Assembly (NCBI GenBank): GCA_028534125.1
Contig: CM052832.1
Span: 22,756,001 to 22,820,000, forward strand
DNA length: 64,000 bases
Direction of reading: 5' to 3'
Source of the DNA: Lama glama
Taxonomy: Eukaryota
The notes beneath the pieces are model-generated. The model had not been told where the DNA came from. It was given only the letters and a program-made list of their open reading frames with translations, and searched no databases. How positions within the stretch are numbered: the first letter of the stretch is position 1; each line of letters opens with the position of its first letter. A program made the position numbers and the translations under genes. Below, piece by piece: positions 49,830-63,400 of this stretch.

Positions 49830-49960
49830 AATACAGTGGGTGAAAACATGAACTTCTGGAGCCAGACTCAGTGGCAAAATGCATTTAGCAAGTTACCTAA
49901 CTTTATCTATGCCTATTTCCACATCTAGAAAATGGTGATTAAAAATAGCCACTGCAGATA
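49830..49960 (+). mobile_element. MIR fragment abutting the gap
   Basis: cagtgggtgaaaacatgaacttctggagccagac...gcaagttacctaactt...tttccacatctagaaaatgg. Confidence 0.75.
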
Positions 49961-49966
49961 CTTTTT

Positions 49967-50466
49967 NNNNNNNNNNNNNNNNNNNNNNNNNNNNNNNNNN
50001 NNNNNNNNNNNNNNNNNNNNNNNNNNNNNNNNNNNNNNNNNNNNNNNNNNNNNNNNNNNNNNNNNNNNNNNNNNNNNNNNNNNNNNNNNNNNNNNNNNNN
50101 NNNNNNNNNNNNNNNNNNNNNNNNNNNNNNNNNNNNNNNNNNNNNNNNNNNNNNNNNNNNNNNNNNNNNNNNNNNNNNNNNNNNNNNNNNNNNNNNNNNN
50201 NNNNNNNNNNNNNNNNNNNNNNNNNNNNNNNNNNNNNNNNNNNNNNNNNNNNNNNNNNNNNNNNNNNNNNNNNNNNNNNNNNNNNNNNNNNNNNNNNNNN
50301 NNNNNNNNNNNNNNNNNNNNNNNNNNNNNNNNNNNNNNNNNNNNNNNNNNNNNNNNNNNNNNNNNNNNNNNNNNNNNNNNNNNNNNNNNNNNNNNNNNNN
50401 NNNNNNNNNNNNNNNNNNNNNNNNNNNNNNNNNNNNNNNNNNNNNNNNNNNNNNNNNNNNNNNNNN
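49967..50466. other. Assembly gap (500 N)
   Basis: Run of N. Confidence 1.
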
Positions 50467-50739
50467 GATATGCTGTGATTGAAAAATAACCCTTTGGTGT
50501 GTTAAGACATTTGGATTTGGGAGTTAATTTTTATGTTGGAATAAAGCTGGCCTATGCTGATTAAGGTAGCAGGCAAGAAGAACAAAGTTATGAGAACAAG
50601 ATCAAACTCTTATATTAGATCTTATTCAATCACCTGCTTGTGTACAACCATCTCTTTTTACTGCCTTGTATCATTAGATAAACCAGTAGTCCCCATACTG
50701 GTTTTTTAATAATGCTACATTTTATTAAAGGAGCATATC

Positions 50740-50920
50740 TTGAGTACACATATGTAACTATGTGTGTATATATATATTTAATGTGTAAAGAAGTGACTAA
50801 GAAAATACTGCAAAATGTTAACATTCATTGTCTTTTTATTTTATTCTTTATGTTTTGGGCTCTTTTCCAAATTGTCTACGATAATGCTTTACTTTTATAA
50901 TAAGAAAAATATGTAATTAA
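50740..50920 (+). mobile_element. Ancient L1 (L1ME-type) 3' tip
   Basis: aaaatgttaaca...ttttattctttatg...ttttccaaatt...ttacttttataataagaaaaa. Confidence 0.5.
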
Positions 50921-51779
50921 AATATTTTTATGTAATAGAATCAAGGCAAATCATTTTGTTCTTACCTTTTTTTTTGGCCCTTTAGCAATTTTTCATGGTT
51001 TTCTTTAATTATTCAGTAAATTTTACTGAAAAATTTTTCTTTTGATTTCTAAAAATGGAGCCAAATGTTTATTTTGCTATAGAAGTATTATAGGCCTCTT
51101 TTATTTCCTGTGTCTCGTATTTTTAAACACCACCATACAACAGAGTATGCTATTCTTTTTATTTTATGTAACTACTTACAAAATAATTGGGCCCTAGATG
51201 TTTCTGTAAAAAAATACAGAGCTTGGCAACAGAGCAACCTTGATTTTTATATTAATGAAGGGGCAGATGAAATATCATGCTCTTGAATTTTAACTGCCGT
51301 TTATGAGCTTCATAGCTCTCCAGCAAGTGAACCTGTAAGTTACAAAACCATAGTGCCCACCACAGTAAACCCACACGTCTCTCTCTTCATAGTTACTGAA
51401 AGATGATTAAGCATGGTATTATAAATGAAGATGTTATATATGTATAATGTGCCATGTGGAAGGACTTCTTAGAGAGAAAGGTAAAAACATGATTATGCAA
51501 ACTTCAGAAAGATTGTAAATATTGCTATGTCTACAAACTATAAGCGTACATGACATCTTTAGATAACCCATGTTAAACAGGATTCATGCTGCGCACAGAG
51601 GAATGGGTTTTCTATTTTAATTTCAAAGATTGTGGATTTCAGAGGACAGCATCTAGGAACCAAAAGACTGTCTGTTGTTTTTATCAGGGTTCAATACTGA
51701 GAAAGAAGACAGAGCATATTCTTTCTTTACTCTCTTCGCAAACTCCTACAAACTTGACCATGTATCCCAAGCAAGCAGA

Positions 51780-52160
51780 GTTTTACTAAAGCCTCTTGAT
51801 TGTTTCCATCATGCTCTCCAGCACACACTCCATCACCATCCTGTCCTATTTTGGAATAAGCAATCGTGGAATTTTGCTGAAAGCTTCTTCTGTGCCCTCG
51901 AGATTAACTCTCGCCATTAAGTGAACACAGATGGAAATAATTAACCTTTCACTTGATATTAATAGAAAAAAGTAGAATTTCAGTAGTTCCCACCTACTTC
52001 TTAGGCTATTACTTCTGTGTCTCCATCCCATTTTGTTTCCACACGTGACCATCTGGGTTGCAGCAAGCAGCTGTTCGTTTGTGTCATTTGCATCCCTACG
52101 GGTCCAAAGTGCGTAATAGCAGATGAAGGAAACTATGCACATGTTGGAAGGGGAAAGCTG
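51780..52160. promoter_or_regulatory. Candidate conserved non-coding element
   Basis: Repeat-free; clustered gattaa, ccattaagtg, taattaa, cagatg/catctg, cacgtg and cagctg motifs. Confidence 0.3.
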
Positions 52161-52459
52161 AGTTATATACCCCAGAAGTTCTCATTCTGGTTAATTTTGG
52201 AAAATACATAGTATATCACTCCTGAGCAACAGATTGTTAAGTCGCTGTTCTGACCTCAGGAAGAGAGTGTAGGTGCAGCAACGGTGTTTGGAAAAAGAAA
52301 TGTGTTTACGGTATTGTATGTTCAAATGACATGTGAGATTTAGTGAGTATGAATACAGTACCCCCTGACTTTACCACACATCTGCTCTCATCACAGGAAA
52401 TGCAAAATATACAGTGTGGTGTCTGACATTAAGTGTCAGATGCACAATCCTGCTTCCTA

Positions 52460-52595
52460 TGGAATCATCGGGTCTTCTTGGCCCCTGGGACTCTCTATCA
52501 TAAGGAGGAAGAACTCTGCATAGGGACCCAGGTATCTGTGTTTCAACAAGCCCTGCAGAAGATTCTGATGCGAGCCCCAGTTCATATCCATGACC
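52460..52595. mobile_element. MER5A-like hAT element
   Basis: gggacccaggtatctgtgtttcaacaagccctgcagaagattctgatgc. Confidence 0.7.
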
Positions 52596-52839
52596 ATAAT
52601 TCTTCAACCGTTAACTCCAAATGATGTTTCTTCCTACTGTTTTAGGTCTAACAGTGCTGGGGTTTTTGCTTGTTTGTTTTTTAACCTCTTCCATTCTTTT
52701 TGCTTTTTCAGATACTCAACATTTCCTCCTGGAAAACTGAAATAATTCCTAACAAATCATTCTTCCTCGGATATCTATTTCCTTTGGCCCTTTAGCCTTT
52801 CTTAAACAACCCTTTCATTATGGTCCCTTATTTCGAATC

Positions 52840-53300
52840 CCTGGAGTTTTCTCACCCACCTGGATAAAGTCCAATTTTCCTACTCCATTTTTTTTTAACA
52901 TCCCACATTGTACAAACTTCTGCTGACTTAAGAACTAATTTCTCCTTTCTGCCCAAATTGATTCTCTCTCTGGTGAGGTTAGTTTCTTAGTTTCTATAGC
53001 ATTCCTTGAACATATTTTTCCTCTGTGCTTCTGTATACACTCTTCTCTCAGGTCTAGATCAGTCTCCTTAACCGCTCTTCTGCTTTCAAGTCCTAATCAC
53101 CTTTCAAAGTTCCCTTCCTCCAGGAGGACCTCTCCACCACCTCATCACACTTGATCTCTCCCTTACTGTTCATTCGTCTCCTCTGACAACTACTTATACA
53201 CTGCCTTGTATTATTACATACACGTTGTCCTCATCAACATAGATTTTGATTTATGCATTTTTGTATCTTTTCACCCAATATCTTACATGCAACAGCCTTA
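52840..53300 (+). mobile_element. Degenerate L2
   Basis: ggataaagtccaattttcct...ttccttgaacat...cctttcaaagttcccttcctccaggaggacctctc. Confidence 0.6.
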
Positions 53301-53947
53301 TGTTCAAAACTGTACTGGCCTTTCAGTAATAACACCAAAGTTGTGAGAAATGGATAAAATGCTTATCTTCAGCCAAACTGTTATTCAGATGATTAAAAGA
53401 CTGTTATTTGTTTTTCTTGGTCATAACTTACTGTACTAAGTGGAAATTGCTGTAGTGTTTCTGGATAAAGGTAACTGTGATGAGAGATCATTCTTCGTAG
53501 AGGCAGGGGAACTATGATGCCCAGCGGTAGTGAGTAGCTCTGAGGATGACATTTTGAACCAGAATAAGGAAAATGAGCACTGTCTTCAGGGTGTGTCAGA
53601 GAGTTGCAAATATTCCAGAGACACAGAGATAATGTTCTGGGGTTTTTTTGTTTTGTTTGTTTTTTTTTCCAATAATATAAAGACTGAAAAGGGGAAGGAA
53701 GGAAGGAAGGAAAATAAATTTATCCCTTTCTGCTTGCCTTTTCTGGGAGAGAGGAAGAGTATTTTGGAAAAATGAGACAATTACATCAGATATGTAAGTC
53801 ATATGATGAAAGAAGTCCTGATTGTGAATTCCTGATAAAGCCCTGACTTGCTCCAAGGAGTTGGTCAAGTTACTTTCTGATTCTCAGATTCTTCATCTAT
53901 CAAATGAAGATTTGCAGAGTAAGTGCCCCACAATAAACTTCTTTGAT

Positions 53948-54560
53948 TGTGATATAAGTGCCTGACATCAAGCTTTCGATTGCCGACGCATCCCTTGTAA
54001 AGATGCCCATCTGGAATAAACCTATCGCCAGCTACACAACTAGATCAAAAGCCAGGCCACCCATTGGTGAAGTTCCCCTTTCAGAAAGCTCCAGGCAGCC
54101 TAGGCTACCGACCTCTTAAGTGACTCTGGTTTTCCCTTCCCACGCCCTAGTGCCCACTCTTATGTTTTACATTTGTCAGTAAAGAGGAAGCCCATGAAAT
54201 TCCTAGGCACCTCACCTTTGAACCCAACAAAGGCAAAACCCAGGTTCACACACTCTCTCTCTCTACCTAGGACCTCCCTGTGTGGCCCCGGGCATGCTGT
54301 GTGCCATCTAAGAATTGTGAGTAATAAATCATATTTTCTCAAAGTTCCCAGATGCTCGTTGCTGAGGTACATCTTGCAATGATAATAAGAACCACAAGGG
54401 CCAGTCCAGCCACAACACTGGTTGGCTCTGGTCCGATCAGGAAACCATCTGTGCGGACTCACTACAGGGAGTATGGGCCCAGGTAGGTGCCCCCAGACCC
54501 TCCTAGTCATCGCGTCACTGTTGATAGGCTGAGACCAACACAAAGCAAGATCAGACACCT
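53948..54560 (+). mobile_element. ERV LTR (probably ERVL, MER73/MER74-like)
   Basis: LTR-like organisation: aaaggcaaaacccagg, ctctctctct tract, ccctgtgtggcccc...gctgtgtgcc, gtgagtAATAAA; boundaries and family approximate. Confidence 0.55.
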
Positions 54561-54894
54561 TTTCCTTAAGGTTACTGTAAAGATTCAAAGAGAGAATGGC
54601 TGTTCCTGGATCAGAGTTTGGAAAATTAAATCCCTGTTATTTGGGGGTTAGTTTCAGGACAAGGTGTGAAGCATGGAGCCCTCGTAATACCAGAGAACAT
54701 GAGGGCCTACACTCCTCCTCGACTACTGGAGCTTTCAGGCCTACAGGAGCTCTGAAGAGAAGACAGTTAAATCCCTGAGTAGATGAGAAAAACAGCAGGG
54801 CTACACCTGTATTAGGAACAACAGATGTTCCCCCGGGTCTCCCTGGATACAGAAACACCAAGGTCCATTTCTTTTTAGAAGATATCATTGCATA

Positions 54895-54990
54895 GTTTCT
54901 ACAGATTTACAGAGTGCCTGCTATGTGCCAGGCAACATGCTAGGTGTGTCCACGTATGTTGACTCATCCTAGTCACACTTCCATAATGTA
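54895..54990 (-). mobile_element. MIR 3' fragment
   Basis: atttacagagtgcctgctatgtgccaggcaacatgctaggtg. Confidence 0.7.
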
Positions 54991-56107
54991 GGTAGCCCAG
55001 AGAGGAGAGAAGTCAAAAGAGGATAAGTACATTTCCCAAAAGCCAAACAGAGATTTTTTTTTTTAACTTCAAAGATGATTTCCTTTCTGCTGTGCCAGGA
55101 TGCCATTCTGAAGTCAGCATGACGACATAGTAGAAGGAACCATACACAGAGAAGGTGAATTTACGCTCATCATACAGAACATTTGATAGCAGTGGGAACT
55201 GCATTATTAGAGCTCTGGGTTCCATATTTCACTTGGGATAAGCTAAGAACGCTAAAGAGTGGACATCAATAAAAATATAACACATCCAAGCCTAGGATAC
55301 AGTTTCACAAAATTGCCAAGCAATAGAGGATTCACTGTCTTTTGATTTAGTTTCAAGAATAACTGGTATAGATCACTCCAACTCTCAAAATCTTGGCTCA
55401 TTTGCTCCCCCACTGATCCACTTGATATACAGTGGACTTGGAACACCAGAGGTAAGTCCTCACATAGTGGTTAGTCAACTATTAGGGAAGCACGGGAACA
55501 AGTATGAGATAGGTCCTTTCGTCCAGCTGTTGGTCCTAAATACCTACAAGGGGATCTCCCTGCACAGTTCATTTGGTCCACTGGCTTTAGAATGCCCCTG
55601 GCCTTAGAAGATCATTAAATATCCTGCACCTATTTCTTTTTCCTAATTCTGTCCTCATTGTCCTGCCAATCCTTGATTATTTTAAGATCCTCATGAAAAG
55701 AGCTCCCTCATGCCTTTCCTCTTGCAAAAGAGCAGATTATCCCTCCTAGTGGAGACTGATGGCACATTTAGGAAGGCCCCACTGCTATAAACACAAAGGA
55801 AGTCTTATGTCCAGCTTGGCAAGGAGGTGGAGCAAGTCCCTGTTATTTGCTCCCAATGCTTCACTCTCAAAAGGTTTCTTGTTATAGTTATGAAAAATAA
55901 AATACAACTTAAATCCTCAAGGCACAACATAAGACAAACCTTTGGCAGCAGGCCTTAGTTAATTTATATTTCAACAGAGCCCATTTTTCCATATTAGAAT
56001 GAACCTTGGAAAATTGTAGGGAAAAGAGAGGAAAGGATGACCAAAGTAGTACAAAGAGATTAACAGTATATTTCTGAAACTTCGTTCTGTCAGTGCTGAC
56101 TTTATCT

Positions 56108-56537
56108 GTGTACTAGTCAAGGTAAACATTTGCTCCTCTAACCTTGAAATTTCAGTGACATAACACAGTAAAAGCAAAACTCTCCACACATCACAGTCCA
56201 ATACATGGCAGTCTTTGGGAAACATGGGCCACTCTGCTCCACACAGTCATTCAGGAACCCAGCTCACAGCTTGCCACCTTTGAGAATCTCATATTCTTCA
56301 ATCAAATCATTTGCTTTTGGCAAAGTGAAAGAAAATCAAGCACAGGTGGAGACTATACCAGGAAGTTTCTAGGAATCAGGACTATAAGAGACATATATCA
56401 CTTTCTCCCACATTCCAGTAGCCACAATTCAGACACATGACCTCATCTATCTGCATGAAAGCTGTAAATATGATTTACTTGTGCAAGCAGGAATAAAAGG
56501 AAACAGGGTTTAAAGAAAACCAGTTTTGTCTGTGTAA
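56108..56537. mobile_element. Ancient MaLR LTR (MLT1I/J-type)
   Basis: tgtactagtcaaggta...aaatttcagtgacataacacagtaaa...ctctgctccacacagtcattcaggaacccag...cacattccagtagcca...cacatgacctcatcta. Confidence 0.75.
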
Positions 56538-57215
56538 CAATTAGGGACCAGGGCTAGGAATGGTTTCCCCCAGGAGTACCCCTGGCTGACTGAGAGGGGA
56601 GTGTCCAGCCAAACTGGAAGTCTCTGGTTAGCTTTCTTATATTTAAACTATCATGTGTATAAAAGTAAATGTAATTCTCTCTTGTACTTGGTACAAATAC
56701 ACAAAATATACTATTAATATTTTTTGATAAAGATGAAGAAGTTTTTATATACTAGTTTAAATCTTATAAAGTTGATGCTATGAAAACCTTTGAAAGGTGT
56801 CTGTATTTGTGTTGGTTTAGAAATTTAAGAGATTTTCATGGGAAATTACAATTTGGAACATACCTGGATGAAATTTTTTTTTTACTAGATGAAGTAATAA
56901 TCTTGAACACTATAAAAAACAAACAAAAAGCTCCCCCAAACCACTGTTATTTTCTTCCAAAAGAGTTCCTTTAAGTAGAGAGGGTTACTATGTGGTAGAA
57001 TGGCAACTGAAAAAATCCTTTCAGCAAGATGTATTTTCTTCTACTTATTCAAAAATACATGATAGCAAATACTCAATAATTAATTGTAGTTCAACATCAG
57101 ACAATAGTTAGGTTTGTTGCAGTTTTTGCCAATACTCCTCCAGGTTGTCCCTACAAGGCACTAAAATAACCCTTAACATGTTATTAGTGCTATAATGAAT
57201 GTTATGTGCATACAA

Positions 57216-57690
57216 GTGTAGAGGTCAAGGTTTAACCAGAAAAACAAAACCAAGTTCAGATATCTACACTCAGGGCCTTAGTTGTACAAGCGACGGCTAT
57301 CCAAGCATACCAAACAAGAGACAGGTAACCCAGGAGATTCCAACAGTAGGAAGCCACTCCCAGGTTGGAGAGACAAAGCGGGGAGATGGTGTCCCCTGAG
57401 CCCACAGGTTCAGGGTCACTTGGTAGAAGCTGGAATCATAGGAGTGTGGCTGGTTAGGAGTTAGCAATGTGTAGTATATGAATTCAATGCCCAAGAACCC
57501 ATCTGCGGCAAAGAAGAAGGGATTAAAAATAACTGGCTTCTTTTCTTTCTTCACCTCTTACAAAGTCCTGTCTGTATCTACCGTTGGCTAAACACAGCCA
57601 AAGGGTGGCTGCCAGACAGACTGGGAAATGCTTAACATCTGCTCTTCCCTAATGGACAGGAGAGTGAAGAGGAATGCATCTGAGGACAAG
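57216..57690. mobile_element. Ancient ERVL/MaLR-type LTR
   Basis: gtcaaggtttaaccagaaaaacaaaacca at the left; ccgttggctaaacacagccaaagggtggctg...gggaaatg at the right. Confidence 0.45.
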
Positions 57691-58559
57691 CAGCAAATAT
57701 TATGAATGTACCAAGGAAGAGCATCATTATCCACTGATTTGACTTAACTCCATGCAAAGTGACGGCCTCTCTCCACATAGCTACTTAACGAACACTTGCC
57801 AGTTCAGAAGGATTCCAAATCTTTCAAGTCACGTCTAAGTAAAGTAATGTTCAGCTTAACCAAATTGCTGTCTAAGGTTCCAAAACACATCTAATCAGTT
57901 TGATTTTTAGATTTCTGCCCTTGCTGGGGGAAAAGGGAAATAAAACAAACTAAAACTAAAGTAGGTGGATAAATGCATTTAGAATTAGCACGTAGAAGGT
58001 CTTCTCCAAAAATATCTGAGAGATGACTGTAGGAAAGAGACTGTGCTCCCTGAGAAACAGAGTAGCAAAAACTTTCAACTCAATGTCAAACCAACAGAAC
58101 AAATTGATAAGCTCCGGGAGTTTATTCTCTAGCCAGTAAGTTAAAATCACACAAGTAAGTCACCACACTTTCTATACATCTCTGAAAGCCTATAACCTTT
58201 CTTTGGAGTAAACTCATAATAATGCAAATGACCCAAAAAAATAATTTCAGACAGGTGGCTCTTTGAAAGATGACAGAAATGAAACCAAAGTAGCAGAAAT
58301 TAAGAATTGGGTGCAGAAAGTCTCAGGGTAGTAATGAAAATGACACATTTCCAACCTGCAGTGCGAAATGTTATTAATGTCTAGAAACATGTAAAATGCT
58401 TTAATCGTTCATAAAAATAATTAGGGTTCTCAGCAACTTTAGCCAAATGGATGTCACAGGAATTCTCTAAGGATGGTGTCTAACGCATACTTTGTATCAG
58501 AAGGCTGTTTTTTCAGAAAGAAGTATGGTCTAAATGGAAAGAGACTGAACCATATGACC

Positions 58560-58770
58560 AAAACAACTGAAACTTTAAATTCTGACTTAGGAATCTACCA
58601 AATGTACAGTCTTAGAACAAAGCATTTTACCACTATGGACCCTCAGTTCTTTCTTCAGTGAAAATGGGGTATTTCTTCCATGATTTGTACTAAGAGTTAG
58701 CAATAATACTCACAATGAATTTGACACATAGTAAATCAATGTTTCACAATTCTGTTATAATTATTATCTT
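58560..58770 (+). mobile_element. MIR SINE
   Basis: tttaaattctgact...cttagaacaaagcattttacc...cctcagttctttcttcagtgaaaatgggg...tgacacatagtaa. Confidence 0.6.
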
Positions 58771-59049
58771 ATTATTTGAGCATTTCCATATCACACATTC
58801 ACATATTAGCTTCTTTTCATACTACAATTAATTTCTTTCTCATCAGGAAAGACATTGTATCTTCTTGGAGACCACTTCAAAAATGCAAATATCTTTGAGG
58901 GGGGAGTCATTCCTTTAAGGTAGCATTTGTGAACATCGTGATTATTTTGAACACCTCTGCAAAGACGAGTTGACAGCCACCTAAGAGCGAATCTGGCAAG
59001 AGCAGTTGGGTGGAAGGAGGACTGAGAGAAAGCTTCTGTTCACGTATTA

Positions 59050-59190
59050 ACTGAAGCGCTTGTCAAAAGTGCAGGCAAGTAAGTGCCATGCCAGCATGTT
59101 AGAATCCAGGAATCTGCATATTTGATAAGCAAGCCAGTTGAATCTGATTTATACGGTACAGAATCCCCCCCTGAAAATCACTGCTTTAAA
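59050..59190. mobile_element. MER5-like hAT element
   Basis: gcgcttgtcaaaagtgcag...ccaggaatctgcatatttgataagc...tgaaaatcactgcttta. Confidence 0.6.
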
Positions 59191-60719
59191 GACAGTATGA
59201 GGACTTGTTAGGCAGGAGGTCCTGAGCAGGTAGAGACTGTCTCACATAGAGTACAGCTCGTTTTTACAATACTACCGGATAAAAGTTTCGCTAAGCATCT
59301 TGGTTCTGCCCTACTTCGTTGCTAGGTAAACAAGAACAGGCTGAGGGTTAGCCAAAGGTTCATAAAGCTTGATGCTAATAGCAGTGGGTTCAGGAAACCC
59401 CTTAGATTGCTAGGCCCTGGCCGGGGGGCAGGGGGTACCCATAATTATATATTCAGAATTGCATTTGGCAAGATAAAAACAATGATCATTCTCTGCAAAG
59501 TATATTGAACTTATCAGTACAGGTAGCCCAGATTTTCATGGAATGGGCAGCTCGTTTAGGGCAGAGATGGACGGCTGGCAAGCTGCGCTACCCCTGACTC
59601 ACACCTGAATATAGTTCATTGTATTTCTTGCTTGACTTTGACCTTTCTTTCCTTGCTTTCTCTATTTCTGACTTCTCTCTTCTACATTTCATACTCCCCA
59701 CATCTGCCACCTGTATATCTTATCTGCCAACGCCTTGAGTTGGCCTATGGCTCCAGTGGGCACCGACCTCTCCTGTGAATCCCAGCCTAAAGGAGAAACA
59801 GGTTTAACCCCTGGTTTTATGATAATTATTGTTAAAAATTAGTAATAAAAATCATGATTGCTTCTTTTACTTCTGCCACTACTAGAGACATAAAAATTAA
59901 ATGACAAATTATGCTAGGAAGATTAGAAACAATTTTTAAAATGTTCATATTATTGTATCCTATTATCCCCACTGAATACTTGATAATATATAGATTCATC
60001 GCTATCAAACCATTCTTCAGGGCCAAGATGAAGAACCATCGGTAAATTCGTAATAGATTTAAAAGTAGTACATGTTTGTAGCTTGCCCCTTCTCCTCTAA
60101 TAACTGTCTTTCTGTGACAGAAGAAATCTCAATCGTTAAATCAGAGAATAAATACGCAAACTTCCTCTGCTGGTAGGAGTCTGTGAAATGTGTTCCTCCT
60201 GCTCTTTCAGTTTCTGCACATGGTGTTGAATACCTTGTTCCTGGGTCCAGCTGACAATGAAGAGAACCACACTGTTCCATATGTTAGTTTTAGTCTGATT
60301 GCTTCCGACCTGGATGATTTATGGAACTGACAGCAGATCTCCAGAATCAGAAAAAGGCTAAAGCCTAAGTTCTTACTTAATCTGATTTTATGGAAAGCCC
60401 CCTTTCCTCCTGGTCAGAGGTGCTGTGAAGTATAACACTTGAGCTGTATATCAATTCCAGTTGATGCAGGTTAGTAATTTTATATTATCATGATCAGTTT
60501 CACACTGATTCTCTTCCTTGCCCCAAATCTTGGGAAATGATGAATTCCCTGACTCTGGGTCTTAGTAAATAAAAGTAAATATAGAAAATCTATACTGAAA
60601 CATGACTTGTTTTATTAAATATTTGATACTTTGTTAAAATCCTTAAACTCAAATACAGCCACCAATTTTTCCTCCTTTGTCAGAAACATAAAGGTTTCAC
60701 TGTGGCTTAAGTTATAATA

Positions 60720-60940
60720 ACAAAACTACCATTTATTGTGTGTCAGATGCTAGGAGACGTATATCCATTTATTCCTTCACAAAACCCTATGAGGTGGTAT
60801 TATCAATATCCCCATTTAACAGATGAGACCACAGTAGCTTAGAGAAGTTAAATAACTTGTTCATGGCCACCTGCTAGTATATGCCAGACCCAGGATTAGA
60901 AGGTACCAGATGATTCAAGTAATGGAGGTGTTAACTACCT
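60720..60940 (-). mobile_element. MIR SINE
   Basis: taccatttattg...ccttcacaaaaccctatgaggtggtatt...ccccatttaacagatgag...agagaagttaaataacttgttcatggccac. Confidence 0.9.
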
Positions 60941-60999
60941 TGTGACATTGACTTTATGTTTCCCACTAAAAGTTATGATGTTTCACCTCAGTGGGGTTC

Positions 61000-61350
61000 T
61001 CCTCTAAGCTGGTGGTAAAATCATTATGGCAGTTCTGGACCTCATATATCTTCCAGTAGTTTTTTTTTTAATCAATAAATATTTTTCTCAGATGATCCTA
61101 AACTCCCTCCTGCCATCTCAGTGCCCCACTTGAGTCACATGTCCATTGAGGTGGGTCATATGTCATTGCTAAAAACATCCCAGTGGGCTGGGGAAGATGA
61201 ATGCTGACTGGCTATGGTCTATGTTGCTGAACCAATTACTGACAAGGGGGTTGAAATTATCCTTAGAAATACAAAGCCCTCTTTGCCAGGAATGGTCAGA
61301 TTCCTCAGCATGGGGTGGTGATGTTAGGAAGACACCTATTCGGAAAGGAA
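61000..61350. mobile_element. MLT1-type LTR fragment
   Basis: tggcagttctggacctcatat...gggtcatatgtc...aatgctgactggc...ctgaaccaattactgacaagggg. Confidence 0.45.
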
Positions 61351-61519
61351 CTTGGCTTTGAGTGGATGGCCAACGACTTCCACTGCATCTGTTTGTACAC
61401 TTCTTTTATCATGTTTCACCTTCCCGCTTTATCTTCTGTGTGCTTTCCTCATCTTCAATGAAACTGAACTATCCCTGTTCACAAACATGCTCTTCTTAAG
61501 CCACTTCCGTGCCTCTGCT

Positions 61520-61730
61520 ATGTGTGGGGGCATTAAAGAGGGGCTTCTGAGTCAGAGATACCTGGTTCTGAATTCCGGCTCTACTTCACACAGAATGAGT
61601 AACTCACCCTCCCCAAGCCTTGGTTTCCTCCTCCATAAAAACAGGAACACTACTGACCTCATAGAGTTATATTATGTATTAAATTAAAAGGAGGACTTAT
61701 CACAATGCATTTAGTAAAGAATAAATGATT
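61520..61730 (+). mobile_element. MIR SINE
   Basis: gggcttctgagtcagagatacctggttctgaattccggctctac...aagccttggtttcctcctccataaaaacagg...acctcatagagtt. Confidence 0.85.
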
Positions 61731-61999
61731 CCTCTTCCCTTAAAATTCCCTTGAAATACCTTCTTGCTAATACTGCAGGAACCTCTTCTGGCTCTTCATC
61801 CCCATTCTTAGTCAAGAGTTAAAAAATCACCAAAATATAGGAAGTGGGAAATACAGAAGCAAAAGTTTTTTCCTTCAAGTGTGTTTTCGACATTGGTGAA
61901 AACAACTTCTAAAGTATGTCCAGAGTACTGGCAATGAACTCCAGACAAGGAAAGACTCTGCCTCTTTTCCCACCTTACAGTCTCTCACAAAGTGGTTCA

Positions 62000-62345
62000 A
62001 GTTGCTTAGAAGGCCTGACTGTCCCTCCCCAGCCATTTCCCAACTGGCCAATTCCTTTATTTCTCAGCACAAATGTCACTTCCTCAGGGAAGATGCTGCT
62101 GATCCTCCAGTCCTCCAGACCAAATTAAGCCCTCTGTCCTTGGTTCAAAAAATGCCATCTTTCCCCTTTGGTAATCCTCACCACATTGGTGACTTCAGGT
62201 TCCCTCTGTCTTCCTCCCTGCCCTGTGATTTCCAGGTGACCCAAATGGCTTTATCTATTTCACTGCCATAGTCTCAGTGCCTGTTAGGGTATGTACTGGC
62301 AGACACAAAAGGCACTCAAAAATAGCTCTTAATTAAATGAACAAT
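62000..62345 (+). mobile_element. L2 3' portion
   Basis: ctcagcacaaatgtcacttcctcagggaag...tttcactgccatagtctcagtgcct...ctggcagacacaaaaggcactcaaaaata...taaatgaa. Confidence 0.75.
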
Positions 62346-63159
62346 TGCAACATGGACTGAAAGAGGACAATACTCAGAATTCAGAAAATTTGACTTACAT
62401 GTTTGCTGTATATATATCCCTGGAAAAGGGTTAGAAAAATTAGCAGAAATAAAATATTTCTAAAACAGCATATAGACCTCTTTATTATCCTGTGAGTGTA
62501 TCCAAGATCCAGGATGCTCGATGAAAATTAAAAAGAAAACTACATCGGGCAAGTGTTGATTCTAGCTGATAGACATTTTTATATAAGCTCCATATCATTC
62601 TTATTGGATCAATAAGGTATATTAAAAAAATGGAACAAGAGGAAAATGGAGTATAAGAAAAATGGAGGTAGACATAACAGATGTTATTTAAATTAAAATC
62701 AACCATGGAAGATGAAATTCTCTCAAATATCTATAAAAATTCCACAAAATATTAAAAAGAAAATGCTTAGAATCACTTAAGTCTAAATAAAGTGCCTAAT
62801 CTCATTAATATGCCAATCATATTAAGGAATGATTTTTCTTTGTGTTTTGAAAAATAACGCATGCAAGCCCTGCTGTAAGACTTGCCGATTTATTTTCACT
62901 GGTTCCTGAATTACAGCACTGAATTTGAACACTTCAGATGATGTAAGAGCCCAAATGCAGCTCCCTGCAAAACTGACAAAACCTAGTACAATCCTGGGTA
63001 AAGCTCCATGAGTTTTGGCATTTTCAGTTCTCCTTGAAAGGGGAAGGAATGTAAGCACTATAAAGTGACTCTGATCCAGAGATCTGCAAACTGTGATTAG
63101 TATAAACTTTGTATTTTGAAAAGTTAAAGCCTGAGTGAAACACATTCAGAGAGCATTTA

Positions 63160-63400
63160 TAGTGAGAGGGCAACTGTACAGAATGCTGATTTTGAATTAA
63201 GACTTTCTTGGATTTAAATTCTAATTTTCTGTGTGGTTTTCAGTCACCTGTTTAATTATTTTTTAATTACTCTGACATTGTTTTTGAAGCTATTTAATAA
63301 TGATGACAATAATAACTTCGTATTATTTCTGTATGACTCAGAACAAAAAGTCTAACACATAGTGACCAAACATCTGACAGATAAATAGTGCGCACAATAA
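63160..63400 (+). mobile_element. Degenerate MIR
   Basis: ttttgaattaagactttcttggatttaaattcta...ctgtgtggttttcagtcacc...tctaacacatagt. Confidence 0.45.

Noticed and set aside
49932..50489. 185-aa ORF
   Set aside because: Almost entirely X residues from the N gap.
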